NCBI GenBank assembly: GCA_038326205.1
Contig: JBBQJV010000014.1
Coordinates: 3,232 to 67,231 of the forward strand
Direction of reading: 5' to 3'
Source: Caulobacterales bacterium
Lineage (GTDB): Bacteria; Pseudomonadota; Alphaproteobacteria; Caulobacterales; Hyphomonadaceae
DNA: 64,000 bases
A model generated the notes under the pieces. It was not told the origin of the DNA, did not search any database, and saw nothing but the letters and a program-made list of their open reading frames with translations. Made by a program: the position numbers and the translations under genes. Numbering within the stretch: position 1 is the first letter of the stretch; each line of letters begins with the position of its first letter. Below are positions 38,989 through 48,258 of this stretch, in pieces.

Positions 38989-39113
38989 CCTGTCATTCCG
39001 GGCGTAGGCGCACTAGCGCCGGAGACCCGGAACCCAGGTGGTGTGAGCGCTGGCGTCTGTCGCCTCAGGGTTCCCGCTCTACGCAACTCCGTTGCTTCGG
39101 CGGGAATGACAGT
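38989..39113. repeat. palindromic MITE/REP-like element (about 125 bp)
   Basis: The termini are CTGTCATTCCGGGCG (38990-) and CGGCGGGAATGACAG (-39112). An inner pair GGAACCCAGG / CCTCAGGGTTCC also pairs. The element sits between convergent genes. Confidence 0.65.
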
Positions 39114-39149
39114 GAGCGGTCTTCGCCACTCACTGGAATCCCTGCTGCT

Positions 39150-39872
39150 CTACTGCGCCGGCGGAGTCGTTCCATCCTTCAGTGCAGGCCCCGTGAGCTC
39201 GCTCTCGATCTCGAACGTGACCTCGTTGCCCACGCCCACCGTGGAGGGCGGGACTGGGATGCCGTTGGAGATTTCGAAATCTGAGCGTTTCAGCGATCCT
39301 TTGATCGAAAAACCGATGCGTGCATGTGGGTCCATCGGGTGACCGGGATAGCCGCCATTGAATGTGGCGTGCAGCGTCACAGGCTTGGTCATGCCTTTGA
39401 GCGTCAGATTGCCGGCGATGTCTGCTGTGGCTGGGCCCGTCACGGTGACGCCGGTGGAGTCGAACTTCATCTGCGGCGTGGTCTTCTTGCCGAGCCATTG
39501 CGCGCCCAGCAGCTCATCAACGAAGCCCTTCGGCGGTGTCGGCAAGGTCAGCGAGGCCAGATCAATCGTGGCCTTGACCTTCGCAGTCTCGGGCGTGGCT
39601 GGATCAAGCGTCAGGTCGACGCTGAAAGCCTGAAAGCTTGCCGTATAGTTGGAAAAACCGAGGTGACTGACGTGAAAGGTCAGGCTGGAGTGCGTCGGGT
39701 CGGACGTGTAGGCGCCAGCGGGAAGCTGCGAAACATCCGGTGCAGCCGGACTGACTGTTGGCTCTGCTGGAGCTGCGGCTTGGGGGGCTGGGGCGGGTTC
39801 GGCGGGCACGCTGGGGGAACATGCGGCGCATGCAAACGCGATCAGCGACACTGCCCCGTACGGATAGTTCAT
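39150..39872 (-). CDS. YceI-family periplasmic lipoprotein
   Basis: Start trimmed to MNYPYGAVSLIAFACAAC. YTSDPTHSSLTFHVSHLGFSNYTASF and GNLTLKGMTKPVTL are typical YceI motifs. Confidence 0.85.
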   Translation of the reverse strand: MNYPYGAVSLIAFACAACSPSVPAEPAPAPQAAAPAEPTVSPAAPDVSQLPAGAYTSDPTHSSLTFHVSHLGFSNYTASFQAFSVDLTLDPATPETAKVKATIDLASLTLPTPPKGFVDELLGAQWLGKKTTPQMKFDSTGVTVTGPATADIAGNLTLKGMTKPVTLHATFNGGYPGHPMDPHARIGFSIKGSLKRSDFEISNGIPVPPSTVGVGNEVTFEIESELTGPALKDGTTPPAQ

Positions 39873-40015
39873 GTTCTTCTCTAACCTTGCCTTTGGCGCA
39901 GTCCAGATCTGCCAAACCCATGCCGTCGTATCAAGGACGAACGCTAGAGCCGCATCCCGACAGGCTTTCGAGAAAGAGTGGAGGGCCGATCGTCTCGAAG
40001 GATGATTTGAACTCT

Positions 40016-40633
40016 CTACTGGCTGACCCACAGGATGCGCGCGATCCAAGCCAGATCTGCGCGCGCCAGTTCGCGCGGGCCGTAATCCGCATTGATCGGG
40101 ATCAGCTCGATCATCCGTTCCGTCTGCCGTCCGAGCAGTTTGGCGAGAACCTCGCCATCGCGCGTGCGCACGACGACACGATCGCCACGGCGGATTGCGG
40201 CTTCGGGCGCCACGATGATGCGATCGCCGTGTCGATAGACGGGCTCCATTGAATCGCCCGTAATTTCCAGCGCGTAGACATTTTCTGTCTCGAGGCCGGG
40301 GAAGCGGACCTCGTCCCAGCCCTGACCTGTCGGATACCCGGCTTCATCGAAATAGCCCTCGCTGCCGGCTTTGGCGAAGCCCAGCAAAGGCGCGGTATGT
40401 CCCTGGCGGCCTTCCGCCAGCGCGGCGAAATCCTCGAGTGAGGATCCAACCGCCTGCAGCACTTTCGACAGACTCTGCGTCGACAGCCAGCGCGGCGAAC
40501 CATCGGCGTTTGCTCGCTTGGATTTGTTGAAAGCGGTCGGGTCCAGCCCGGCGCGACGGGCGAGGCCGGAGGCCGACAGACCATTGCGCTCGGCGAGCGT
40601 GTCGACGGCTTTCCAGATATCGGTGTGGCGCAT
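40016..40633 (-). CDS. HTH (XRE-type) + S24 peptidase family repressor (phage CI/LexA-like fold)
   Basis: The N-terminal HTH reads LSASGLARRAGLDPTAFNKSKR. The C-terminal S24 domain reads ITGDSMEPVYRHGDRIIV...RDGEVLAKLL. Confidence 0.85.
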   Translation of the reverse strand: MRHTDIWKAVDTLAERNGLSASGLARRAGLDPTAFNKSKRANADGSPRWLSTQSLSKVLQAVGSSLEDFAALAEGRQGHTAPLLGFAKAGSEGYFDEAGYPTGQGWDEVRFPGLETENVYALEITGDSMEPVYRHGDRIIVAPEAAIRRGDRVVVRTRDGEVLAKLLGRQTERMIELIPINADYGPRELARADLAWIARILWVSQ

Positions 40634-40666
40634 AGCGATTCCGGGTTCTAGGACGTAACGCCTTCG

Positions 40667-40686
40667 TATAGGATATTAATCCTATA
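40667..40686. promoter_or_regulatory. candidate operator: TATAGGAT-ATTA-ATCCTATA (8-bp perfect inverted arms, 4-bp spacer)
   Basis: Read directly from the sequence. It lies 34 nt upstream of the repressor ATG (40633) in the divergent 265-bp intergenic region and is AT-rich against a GC-rich background. Confidence 0.5.
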
Positions 40687-40898
40687 TGCAATCCTCGCAA
40701 CAAGCCTGCTGTAGCCCTGGATCAGGTTTCCACCGGGATATTCATTGTGTTCAATCATATGAAAAATAGGAAATTTTTGGTCTTAAGCACGTTTTGCTGC
40801 TCAATCTGCCCGTTGAACGGCGCGGGCAAGTAGAGCAAAGGTAGCGCCTTCCGGACCTGACCCGGGCCAGTCGCACGGCCGTCCTGGCCGCGGAGTCC

Positions 40899-42203
40899 AT
40901 GGAACTTCTGATCCTCGTACTGCTGATCCTGCTCAACGGCGTCTTCGCGCTGTCGGAGATGGCGATCGTTTCTTCGCGTCGGCCCCGCCTCAAGGCCATG
41001 GCTGACAAGGGCAACAGGGGCGCCAAGGTTGCGCTGCGACTTTTGGAGGACCCCTCCAAGCTCCTGTCCACCGTGCAGATCGGCATCACGGCAATTGGCG
41101 TGATCGCAGGCGCTTACAGTGCGACGGCCCTGTCCGACGATCTGGCGCCGGTCATCGCGGGGCTTCATCCGACGGTCGCACCCTACGCGGCGCAGATCGC
41201 GTTTGGCGTGGTAATCGCGTTCACAACGCTTCTGTCGCTCATTCTCGGCGAGTTGATCCCGAAGCGCATTGCGCTTTCCGCGCCGGAGCCGATGGCCGCG
41301 GCCATGGCGCCTTTGATGTCCCTGATCGAGCGCGGAGCCTCACCGGTTGTCTGGCTGCTTCGCATGACAACCGAAGGCGTGCTCAGCCTGCTGGGCCTCA
41401 ATCGCACGCGGCAGGAAGATGTGACTGAAGAAGAACTCCAGTCGCTTATCGTCGAGGGCGAACGATCTGGCGTCATCGAGGAAGAAGAGCGCGAGATGAT
41501 CCAGGGTGTGATGCGTCTTGGCGATCGTACCGTGAAGGCGATCATGACGCCGCGCACGGAAATGGTGTGGCTCGATCCAGAGACGCCGCGCGAGGACCTG
41601 CTCAAGGAGATCGGCGACAGCGGTCATGCGCGTTTCCCTATCGCCAACGGCAATGCCGACGATGTCGTGGGCATTGTGCAGGGAAAGGAGTTGTTCACCT
41701 ACCTCGCAAATACGGGCAGCATCGACCTCAGGGCCGTCATGCATCCGCCGGTTTTTGTGCCGGACACCATGCCGGTGCTCCGCTTGTTGGAGGCCATGAA
41801 GGGAAATCCGGTTCGCATGGTCATCGTGTCGGACGAGTATGGTTCGGTGCTTGGCCTCGTCACGGCGGCCGACCTGTTGGAAGCCATCGCGGGAGACGAT
41901 GCTCTCGGCATAAACGAGGGATTGTCGCCACCGATCAAGCGCGACGACGGCAGTTGGCTGGTCGATGGCATGACGCCGGTAGACGAGTTCGAAGAACTCG
42001 TGGGCGTGCGCGGTCTCAACGGAGAGGAAGGCTTCTCGACAGTCGCCGGGCTGGTGATGCACCTGCTGCGCGCGCTGCCCAAGGAAGGCGACAAGGTTGA
42101 GCAAGCGCCGTTGACGTTCGAAGTGCTGGATATGGATGGACGGCGCGTCGACAAGGTGCTGGTCCGCAAGGTCGATCCGCCAGACGATGATCCAAGCGGC
42201 TGA
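40899..42203 (+). CDS. hemolysin/CNNM family protein (DUF21 - CBS pair - CorC_HlyC)
   Basis: The N-terminus reads LLILLNGVFALSEMAIVSSRR. CBS regions follow, and the C-terminal transporter-associated domain reads GLVMHLLRALPKEGDKV. Confidence 0.9.
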   Translation: MELLILVLLILLNGVFALSEMAIVSSRRPRLKAMADKGNRGAKVALRLLEDPSKLLSTVQIGITAIGVIAGAYSATALSDDLAPVIAGLHPTVAPYAAQIAFGVVIAFTTLLSLILGELIPKRIALSAPEPMAAAMAPLMSLIERGASPVVWLLRMTTEGVLSLLGLNRTRQEDVTEEELQSLIVEGERSGVIEEEEREMIQGVMRLGDRTVKAIMTPRTEMVWLDPETPREDLLKEIGDSGHARFPIANGNADDVVGIVQGKELFTYLANTGSIDLRAVMHPPVFVPDTMPVLRLLEAMKGNPVRMVIVSDEYGSVLGLVTAADLLEAIAGDDALGINEGLSPPIKRDDGSWLVDGMTPVDEFEELVGVRGLNGEEGFSTVAGLVMHLLRALPKEGDKVEQAPLTFEVLDMDGRRVDKVLVRKVDPPDDDPSG

Positions 42204-42207
42204 GTGA

Positions 42208-43230
42208 TCAGGTCTCGACGCCCGCGCGTTTGAGGCCCAGCACCACGATCTTGTTCAGCAGGTCGGCATAACTGATGCCTGCGTGTAGTGCGGCCGACGC
42301 ATATTCCTGGCTCGCAGCGATCTCGGGGTTCGGGTTGGCTTCGATGAAGTACGGAATGTCATCCTTCGAAAGACGGAAATCGATACGGCCATAGCCGTCC
42401 AGCTCCAGCGTGTGAGCTATCCGTTTTGCCAGCGTACGAATTTTCGTCAGGACCTTCGCCGAGATGTCCTGTGCAGGGCCCTGCAAGATGCCGCGCTTCT
42501 CTTGATAGATCGGATCGTGCTTCACTTTTTCCGTCGCGATGGCGTGCGAGCCTTCGGCCAGATTGGAGAAGCTGAGCTCCCACACTGGCAGCACCTGAAT
42601 GCGGTCATTGCCGAGCACGCCGACATAAATCTCGCGTCCGTCAATGAACTCTTCCGCGATGGCTGGCGTGTTCAGGCGCTTGTGAATGAATGCCACACGC
42701 TCAGCGAGTTTTTCGTCCGAGTCGACGATGGACGCCTGTGCGATGCCGAGGGACGCATCTTCCCACAGGCTCTTCACGATCAGCGGGAATTTAAGGCGCG
42801 CCGGCCGGCGCACCTTCTTGCCCATCGGGAACACAGCAAAAGCGGGTACCGGCACGCGGTGATACTTCAGCAGTTTCTTCGACAGGTCTTTCCCGCGCGC
42901 CAACATCAGGCCGCGCGGATTGCAGCCGGTATAGGGCACGCGCAGGAGTTCGAGCAGTCCGACGACATTCTGCGCGTAGAGCGTCTCGCCGTGAAACTCT
43001 TCCAGCAGGTTGAAGACGATGTCCGGCTTCCAGTCTTCGACGGCATCGCGGATCGGCGTCAGTTCGGATTGTACGCCAATCATGCGTACGTCATGCCCGT
43101 TGCCCTGCAACGTCTTGATGACGTCGTATTCGGTCTTCCAGACATACGCCTCGTTTTCCGTCATCTCCGCGATGTTGTCGGGAGGGATTAGGTCGGGGTG
43201 TGCGAGGCAAAGGATACGTAGGGAATTCAT
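42208..43230 (-). CDS. ATP-grasp enzyme, D-alanine--D-alanine ligase-like family
   Basis: Start trimmed to MNSLRILCLAH (ATGA overlap with the upstream stop at 43227-43230). KDLSKKLL...FPLIVKSLWEDASLGI...EEFIDGREIYVGVLG...GYGRIDFRL...FIEANPNP is a Ddl-like ATP-grasp pattern. Confidence 0.8.
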   Translation of the reverse strand: MNSLRILCLAHPDLIPPDNIAEMTENEAYVWKTEYDVIKTLQGNGHDVRMIGVQSELTPIRDAVEDWKPDIVFNLLEEFHGETLYAQNVVGLLELLRVPYTGCNPRGLMLARGKDLSKKLLKYHRVPVPAFAVFPMGKKVRRPARLKFPLIVKSLWEDASLGIAQASIVDSDEKLAERVAFIHKRLNTPAIAEEFIDGREIYVGVLGNDRIQVLPVWELSFSNLAEGSHAIATEKVKHDPIYQEKRGILQGPAQDISAKVLTKIRTLAKRIAHTLELDGYGRIDFRLSKDDIPYFIEANPNPEIAASQEYASAALHAGISYADLLNKIVVLGLKRAGVET

Positions 43231-44288
43231 AAAGCGAACCACTGCCTTCGCGAGGCGTGCAGCTGGTGCGCCACCTTGGTGTTCAACAAGCGAACCATCG
43301 ATTTGCGCAACTGATACTCGCGGCCCGGCGCACGCAATTTCAGCGCCCGCGCCCTGCTGATAAGCAGGTCGATCGTGTTGTCGAGTGCGATCTGGTGGGC
43401 GCCGGAAACGCGCCAGGCGGATTCACGAATAGCAGACCGGTTGTGACGCAGGAACGACGACGCCGGCGGACGATGGGAATGGCGCGATTCGTTCGAGAAG
43501 ATGCGCAGCAGGTCCCTGTCGTAACGCGTGTCGGTATCGATCGCGTACCAGGCCAGCTTCTGTTCGTAATGTTCGGCTAACGTCTGGTTGAGGCGGCCCA
43601 CCGGGTCGACCTCATGGCGTCGTGTGAGGCCAGACTTGGATCCAGAAATCTCGCCCATCAGCGTGTCGATATATTCGAGTTTGGCCCGCGCGCCGGACCA
43701 ATCGGCGTACTTTTTCTTCCAGTTGGAGCGGGGCGTCAGCCACACGGCGAATGTCTCGGCGAAGTCTTCATCCGGATGGCTTTGTGCATACCAGCGCGGC
43801 AGATGCTGCACGAAGTTCTTGCTGTTTGGATTGGGGCAATAGCTTTCGGGATACCCCGTTGACGAGCGGCCGAACATATCCTGCCATTTGCGGCGGCGAT
43901 GCAGCGCGTAGGCGTGCTGTACGATGTGCCCGGCCTCGTGCCGCAGGATCTGCATGCACACCCGGCGTGTACCGCCTTCGACGTCCTTGAACATTTTGCG
44001 TTCGAGCCGCGCCAGGCGGGGGTGGGCGAGGTAGAATGGAATGGCGATGCCGGGCGTCGTATCGGGGCTGAACCATTCGTCGGAAATCCAGGCGTGGGCC
44101 TGAACGAGACCCTTGCGATTAAGTTCGCCGTTGAGTGTCTCCATGCTGCTTTGCAGCCAGGTGCCGTCGATCGAGACGTGGAGATCCTTGAGCCGCATCT
44201 GGAGTAGCTCGTCGTCCGGCAGAGAGGACCACCAAGGTTGACGCGTCTTGGTTTGCATTGACCAGAGTGTCCCGCCGGAATCGCCCAT
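43227..44288 (-). CDS. putative zinc metallopeptidase (HExxH)
   Basis: ILRHEAGHIVQHAY contains HExxH. The start is chosen at MGDSGG (GGGAGAG RBS); an alternative ATG is at 44258. Confidence 0.7.
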   Translation of the reverse strand: MGDSGGTLWSMQTKTRQPWWSSLPDDELLQMRLKDLHVSIDGTWLQSSMETLNGELNRKGLVQAHAWISDEWFSPDTTPGIAIPFYLAHPRLARLERKMFKDVEGGTRRVCMQILRHEAGHIVQHAYALHRRRKWQDMFGRSSTGYPESYCPNPNSKNFVQHLPRWYAQSHPDEDFAETFAVWLTPRSNWKKKYADWSGARAKLEYIDTLMGEISGSKSGLTRRHEVDPVGRLNQTLAEHYEQKLAWYAIDTDTRYDRDLLRIFSNESRHSHRPPASSFLRHNRSAIRESAWRVSGAHQIALDNTIDLLISRARALKLRAPGREYQLRKSMVRLLNTKVAHQLHASRRQWFAL

Positions 44289-44492
44289 CAGATATGCTCT
44301 CCCGAGGCCGCGATTGCAGGCAAATCGGGGCCAACGGCCCTGACGAGCCGCACCACATGATTGACGGGCAAATCGTGTAACGGAAGCAAACGAACGACCT
44401 CTCCGCCTCGATGTGCGGATGGAACGCTTTCTAAACCATAAATCTCCGGCCGCACCCAAGAAAAAGACCGCAAAGCATCCGAATTTTCGGTC

Positions 44493-45410
44493 CTAGACGG
44501 GGTCATACGGGAAGACATCGGCGGATGCATCGAGCTTGAAGAAGTCCGGGGCCATGGCCGGCAGGCAGGTATCGAGGATTTTTTCGGGGTTCCAGCCTGA
44601 AAGGTCCGCCATGGAGCGGATCGGGCGGGGCTGGTCGAAGAGGACGATTTCATTGCCCCTGACGCCGAATATCTGGCTGGTGACGTGCTTTGCCTTGTCG
44701 GCGCACAGCGCGACAGCCAGCTGGGCCACCTGATCGGCCCGCATCGCGTCCCGCATCCGGCCGACCCGCTGGGCGCTGGCTTCGTCTTTTACGGGAATTG
44801 ACGCGATCATCCGGGTCCAGGCAAAGGGCGCGATGACGTTGGAGCGGACATTGTTGCGGGCGCCCTCCATGGCGACGATCCGCGACAGGCCGACAATGCC
44901 CATCTTGGCGGCCGCATAATTCGCCTGTCCGATGTTTCCGATCAGCCCCGAGGTCGAGGTGAACAGCACATACGCGCCATCCTTCTGTTCACGGAATAAT
45001 TCGATCGACGCCCGCGTCACGTTGAAAGACCCGCGCAGGTGGACATTGATGACCTTGTCCCAGTCTTCCTCGGTCATCTTGTGGAGCATGGTGTCGCGCA
45101 GGATGCCGGCCGGGTTGATGATGGCATTGAGCCCGCCAAACGTGTCCTTTGCCTGCTCGACCATTCGCCCCACAGCGGCGTAATCGGCTACGCTGTCCGA
45201 GTTCGACGCCGCCTCGCCGCCCGCCGCGCGGATCTCCTGCGCGACCTGTTCCGCTGGGCCGCCCGAGCCCTCGTCGCCGCCCGTCAGTGAACCGCCAAGG
45301 TCGTTTACCACCACCTTTGCGCCCTCGCGCGCCAGGAGAAGCGCCGTCTCCTTGCCGATCCCGTTGCCGCCGCCAGTGACCAGAACAACCTTGCCGTTGA
45401 GCACGCCCAT
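44493..45410 (-). CDS. SDR-family oxidoreductase (3-hydroxyacyl-CoA dehydrogenase-like)
   Basis: The cofactor motif is VLVTGGGNGIGK and the catalytic motif is NYAAAK. Confidence 0.9.
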   Translation of the reverse strand: MGVLNGKVVLVTGGGNGIGKETALLLAREGAKVVVNDLGGSLTGGDEGSGGPAEQVAQEIRAAGGEAASNSDSVADYAAVGRMVEQAKDTFGGLNAIINPAGILRDTMLHKMTEEDWDKVINVHLRGSFNVTRASIELFREQKDGAYVLFTSTSGLIGNIGQANYAAAKMGIVGLSRIVAMEGARNNVRSNVIAPFAWTRMIASIPVKDEASAQRVGRMRDAMRADQVAQLAVALCADKAKHVTSQIFGVRGNEIVLFDQPRPIRSMADLSGWNPEKILDTCLPAMAPDFFKLDASADVFPYDPV

Positions 45411-45696
45411 GATCGTTTCCTCCAGTTTTTCCGGAGCAAGTCAGCACGGCCGAGCGGCGGAGGGAAGGCTGCGCCCCAGAGGCTTGCCGCCCGCTGCCAC
45501 ACAAATATTGTTGCACCCCGCCCCAACTATCCCTATTTGAACGGTCCAATAACCGGCTGCGCGAAGGGCCCCCGATTCCTTAAATGGGTTTGGGGGGAAG
45601 ACGGCGACCAGCGGTGATGTGCTGACCTGGGCTGAGGCAAGAAAGCCGAAGCTGCGGTCGTTGGTTCGTCACTCTCGCCCGGAGCCCTTGGCGCCC

Positions 45697-46209
45697 ATGA
45701 CTTCGCCTGCCTCTGCCACCCCTGCCTATTCTATTGTGCTGGAAGCGCCGGAGCACTCCGAAGCTGTAGAGGCGCTGTACGACGACGTGTTCGGCCCCGG
45801 CCGCTTCGCCAAGACTGCCGAGCGGTTGCGCGAGGGCAACACCAAGATCGCTGACGCCAGCCTCGTCGCGATCGACAGCGAGGGTCTTACGGGCGTCGTG
45901 CGCGTCTGGCCGGTCACAGTGGGAGAAACCAGCCGCGCAGCCTTCCTGGGCCCCATCGCTGTCGCCGACCGCCGCCGTCGCAACGGCCTTGCCTTCAAGC
46001 TGATGGAGCGCGCCATCGGCGTCTGCCGCGAGCAGGGCTATGCCGCCGTGATCCTCGTTGGTGATCTCGACTACTACGAACGCTTCGGCTTCAAACCCAC
46101 CGGCGGCCGTTTCCAGCTTCCCGGCCCCGTCGACCAGCGCCGCGTCCTGATCCGCGACCTGTCGGACCGCGCCGCAAAGCTCGAAGGCGCGCTGGCTGTT
46201 CCGCGCTAG
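45697..46209 (+). CDS. GNAT-family N-acetyltransferase
   Basis: Start trimmed to MTSPASATPAYSIV. It contains LGPIAVADRRRRNGLAFKLMERAI...YYERFGF. Confidence 0.75.
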   Translation: MTSPASATPAYSIVLEAPEHSEAVEALYDDVFGPGRFAKTAERLREGNTKIADASLVAIDSEGLTGVVRVWPVTVGETSRAAFLGPIAVADRRRRNGLAFKLMERAIGVCREQGYAAVILVGDLDYYERFGFKPTGGRFQLPGPVDQRRVLIRDLSDRAAKLEGALAVPR

Positions 46210-46212
46210 AGC

Positions 46213-48258
46213 TCAGCGCCCCTCGCGCCGCCACGCCAGCATCATGAACGCACACGCGAGCAGCATGCCGAACACGCCGGGCAGCAGTGTGGTGCTCTCC
46301 GTCGCGCGTACGGCGTAGGCGCTGCGCTTTCGCAGGCCGAACCAGTCGGAGCCTGAGGCGTTGCCGCGCGCGTCCACACGCTGCATGCGCGGCAGGGTGG
46401 GCGTGCCGTCGGCACCGAGCTTATAAACGCCGCCAAGCGTCGCGGTCGCCAGCGGTTGGATCTTGTCGGCCGTCGCGCGCAGATCGAGATACTCGCGCGG
46501 ATGCGTCGGTCCGCGCAGCGTCACGGCGCTCAGCTTGCCGCTCTTGGCGCGATAGAGCCCGAGCTCTGTCGCGGGCAGCGTCGCCTGATAATGGCCCGGC
46601 GAGGTCAGCGACCAGTCGGTCTCCACTTCCTTGCCGTCGGGACCCGTCATAACCAGCTTGCCCGGCGTATCGGACATCGTCTGCAGGTGCGCCTTGATCT
46701 CGGGAGATGCGCCGGCTTCCAACTTGAGCAGTTCTTCCTCGAGCTCAGGCTCCTTCATCAGCCAATGCGCCGTGCGGCGGATCAGTTCGGCATATGGCCC
46801 GCCGCCATCATAGCCGCGCGCCCACAGCCAGAGTTGATCCGACATCACGCTCGCCACGCGGCCCTTGCCGACACGCTTCAACAGCAGCAGCGGATTCCCA
46901 TCCGGCGTCTGCATCAGCGATTCAGCGTTGCCGCTTTCCATCTTCATATAGCGCATCCACGGCCCCCAGTCGTCGGTGGAAAGCGTCGCCGTCACTGAGT
47001 GACGCTTGCCGAGTGCGGTGAGTTGCGGAACGAATTTTCCGTCGACCATCTCTCCCGTCGCGCGTCCCGGTAGCACACCGCCGAGCGGGGTATCGTAGAG
47101 CCTGTAGGCGCCCGCATAGGACGGACCTGCCGCGACCAGAAGCGCGCCTCCCTGTTCGACATAGCGCGCCACGCGATCGAGATAAGCTTCCTCCAGCACG
47201 GCCGGGCGCAGCTCGTGGTCAAAGATTACGAGATTGAACTCGTCGAGCTTCTCGCGGAACAGCTGCGCTTTTGGGAATGCGATCAACGCGATCTCTTCGG
47301 TCGGCACATTGTCAGACTTGTTAGGCGGCCGCAAAATTGTGAAGTGCACAAGATCGACCGCCGGGTCGGATTTCAGCAGGTCGCGCCACACCCGCGCGCC
47401 CGCATGCGGCTCGCCAGTGATCAGCAGCACGCGCAGGCGATCCTGAACGCCGGAAATGCGTGCCGAGGCGAGGTTGTTCGCTAGCGTCAGCTCATTCGGA
47501 ATGCCGTCCACTGACAGTACGACAAGGTTCTCGCCGCGCTGGCTCAGGATGAAGCTGATCATCTGCGGCTCGCCGACTTTCACGGTCTGGTCCGGCTGCG
47601 CCTCGCCATTTATGGTGATGCCAACCGGCACGGTCTTCGCCGACGGATCGTTCACCTGCACCCGCATCGCAACCTTCTGGTCGATGATGGAGAAGGACGG
47701 CGCCGACTGGATCTCGATATTGCGGTCGATCTCATCTTCACCGCCCACGATCATGGCGTGGATCGGGCCGAGTTTCTGCGCCTCTGTGGTGTCCTGCGGA
47801 ATGTCGTGGATCTGGCCGTCCGTGATCATTACCGCGCCAGCGATGCGGTCGCGCGGTGCGTCTGAGAGGGCGGATTGCAGCGCGATATACATGTCCGTGC
47901 CATCGGCGCCCGCATCGGTCTCGGCGACGCGTAGCTCCAGCGTGTCGTCCGCCTCGATTTGCTTGCGGATGGCGTCATAGGCGGCCTGCGCCGTTTCTGT
48001 GCGGCCCCGGAAGTTCATGCTCTCGGAGCGATCCATCACCACCGCCACGATATCTTTCAGCGGTTCACGCTGTTCCTGGATCCATTGCGGATTGGCGAGG
48101 GCCACTGCCAGCACGGTCATCGCCAGCGCACGGAAAAGCCACGCCTTGCCGCGCAGCGCGACATAGACGCTCCACAGAATGACGGCCACGCCGACCAGAC
48201 CCCACAGCGCAAGCCACGGGATCAGCGGATCAAAACCAAGGCGGGAGGCATCCATCAT
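46213..48258 (-). CDS. large membrane-anchored protein, last gene of the MoxR/DUF58/BatA-like operon
   Basis: 681 aa with N- and C-terminal TM segments. ATGA-type overlap with the upstream gene at 48255-48258. Confidence 0.65.
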   Translation of the reverse strand: MMDASRLGFDPLIPWLALWGLVGVAVILWSVYVALRGKAWLFRALAMTVLAVALANPQWIQEQREPLKDIVAVVMDRSESMNFRGRTETAQAAYDAIRKQIEADDTLELRVAETDAGADGTDMYIALQSALSDAPRDRIAGAVMITDGQIHDIPQDTTEAQKLGPIHAMIVGGEDEIDRNIEIQSAPSFSIIDQKVAMRVQVNDPSAKTVPVGITINGEAQPDQTVKVGEPQMISFILSQRGENLVVLSVDGIPNELTLANNLASARISGVQDRLRVLLITGEPHAGARVWRDLLKSDPAVDLVHFTILRPPNKSDNVPTEEIALIAFPKAQLFREKLDEFNLVIFDHELRPAVLEEAYLDRVARYVEQGGALLVAAGPSYAGAYRLYDTPLGGVLPGRATGEMVDGKFVPQLTALGKRHSVTATLSTDDWGPWMRYMKMESGNAESLMQTPDGNPLLLLKRVGKGRVASVMSDQLWLWARGYDGGGPYAELIRRTAHWLMKEPELEEELLKLEAGASPEIKAHLQTMSDTPGKLVMTGPDGKEVETDWSLTSPGHYQATLPATELGLYRAKSGKLSAVTLRGPTHPREYLDLRATADKIQPLATATLGGVYKLGADGTPTLPRMQRVDARGNASGSDWFGLRKRSAYAVRATESTTLLPGVFGMLLACAFMMLAWRREGR

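Noticed and set aside
40016-40633. Calling this gene lexA
   Set aside because: It has an XRE-type HTH plus an S24 domain and is only 205 aa. It lacks the winged-helix LexA N-terminus that I would expect (MLTRKQ...-type). It is better described as a CI-like S24 repressor.
40644-40660. GTTC-TAGGACG-TAAC near the S24 repressor promoter as an SOS box
   Set aside because: The second half-site is TAAC, not GTTC. It is too degenerate to call.
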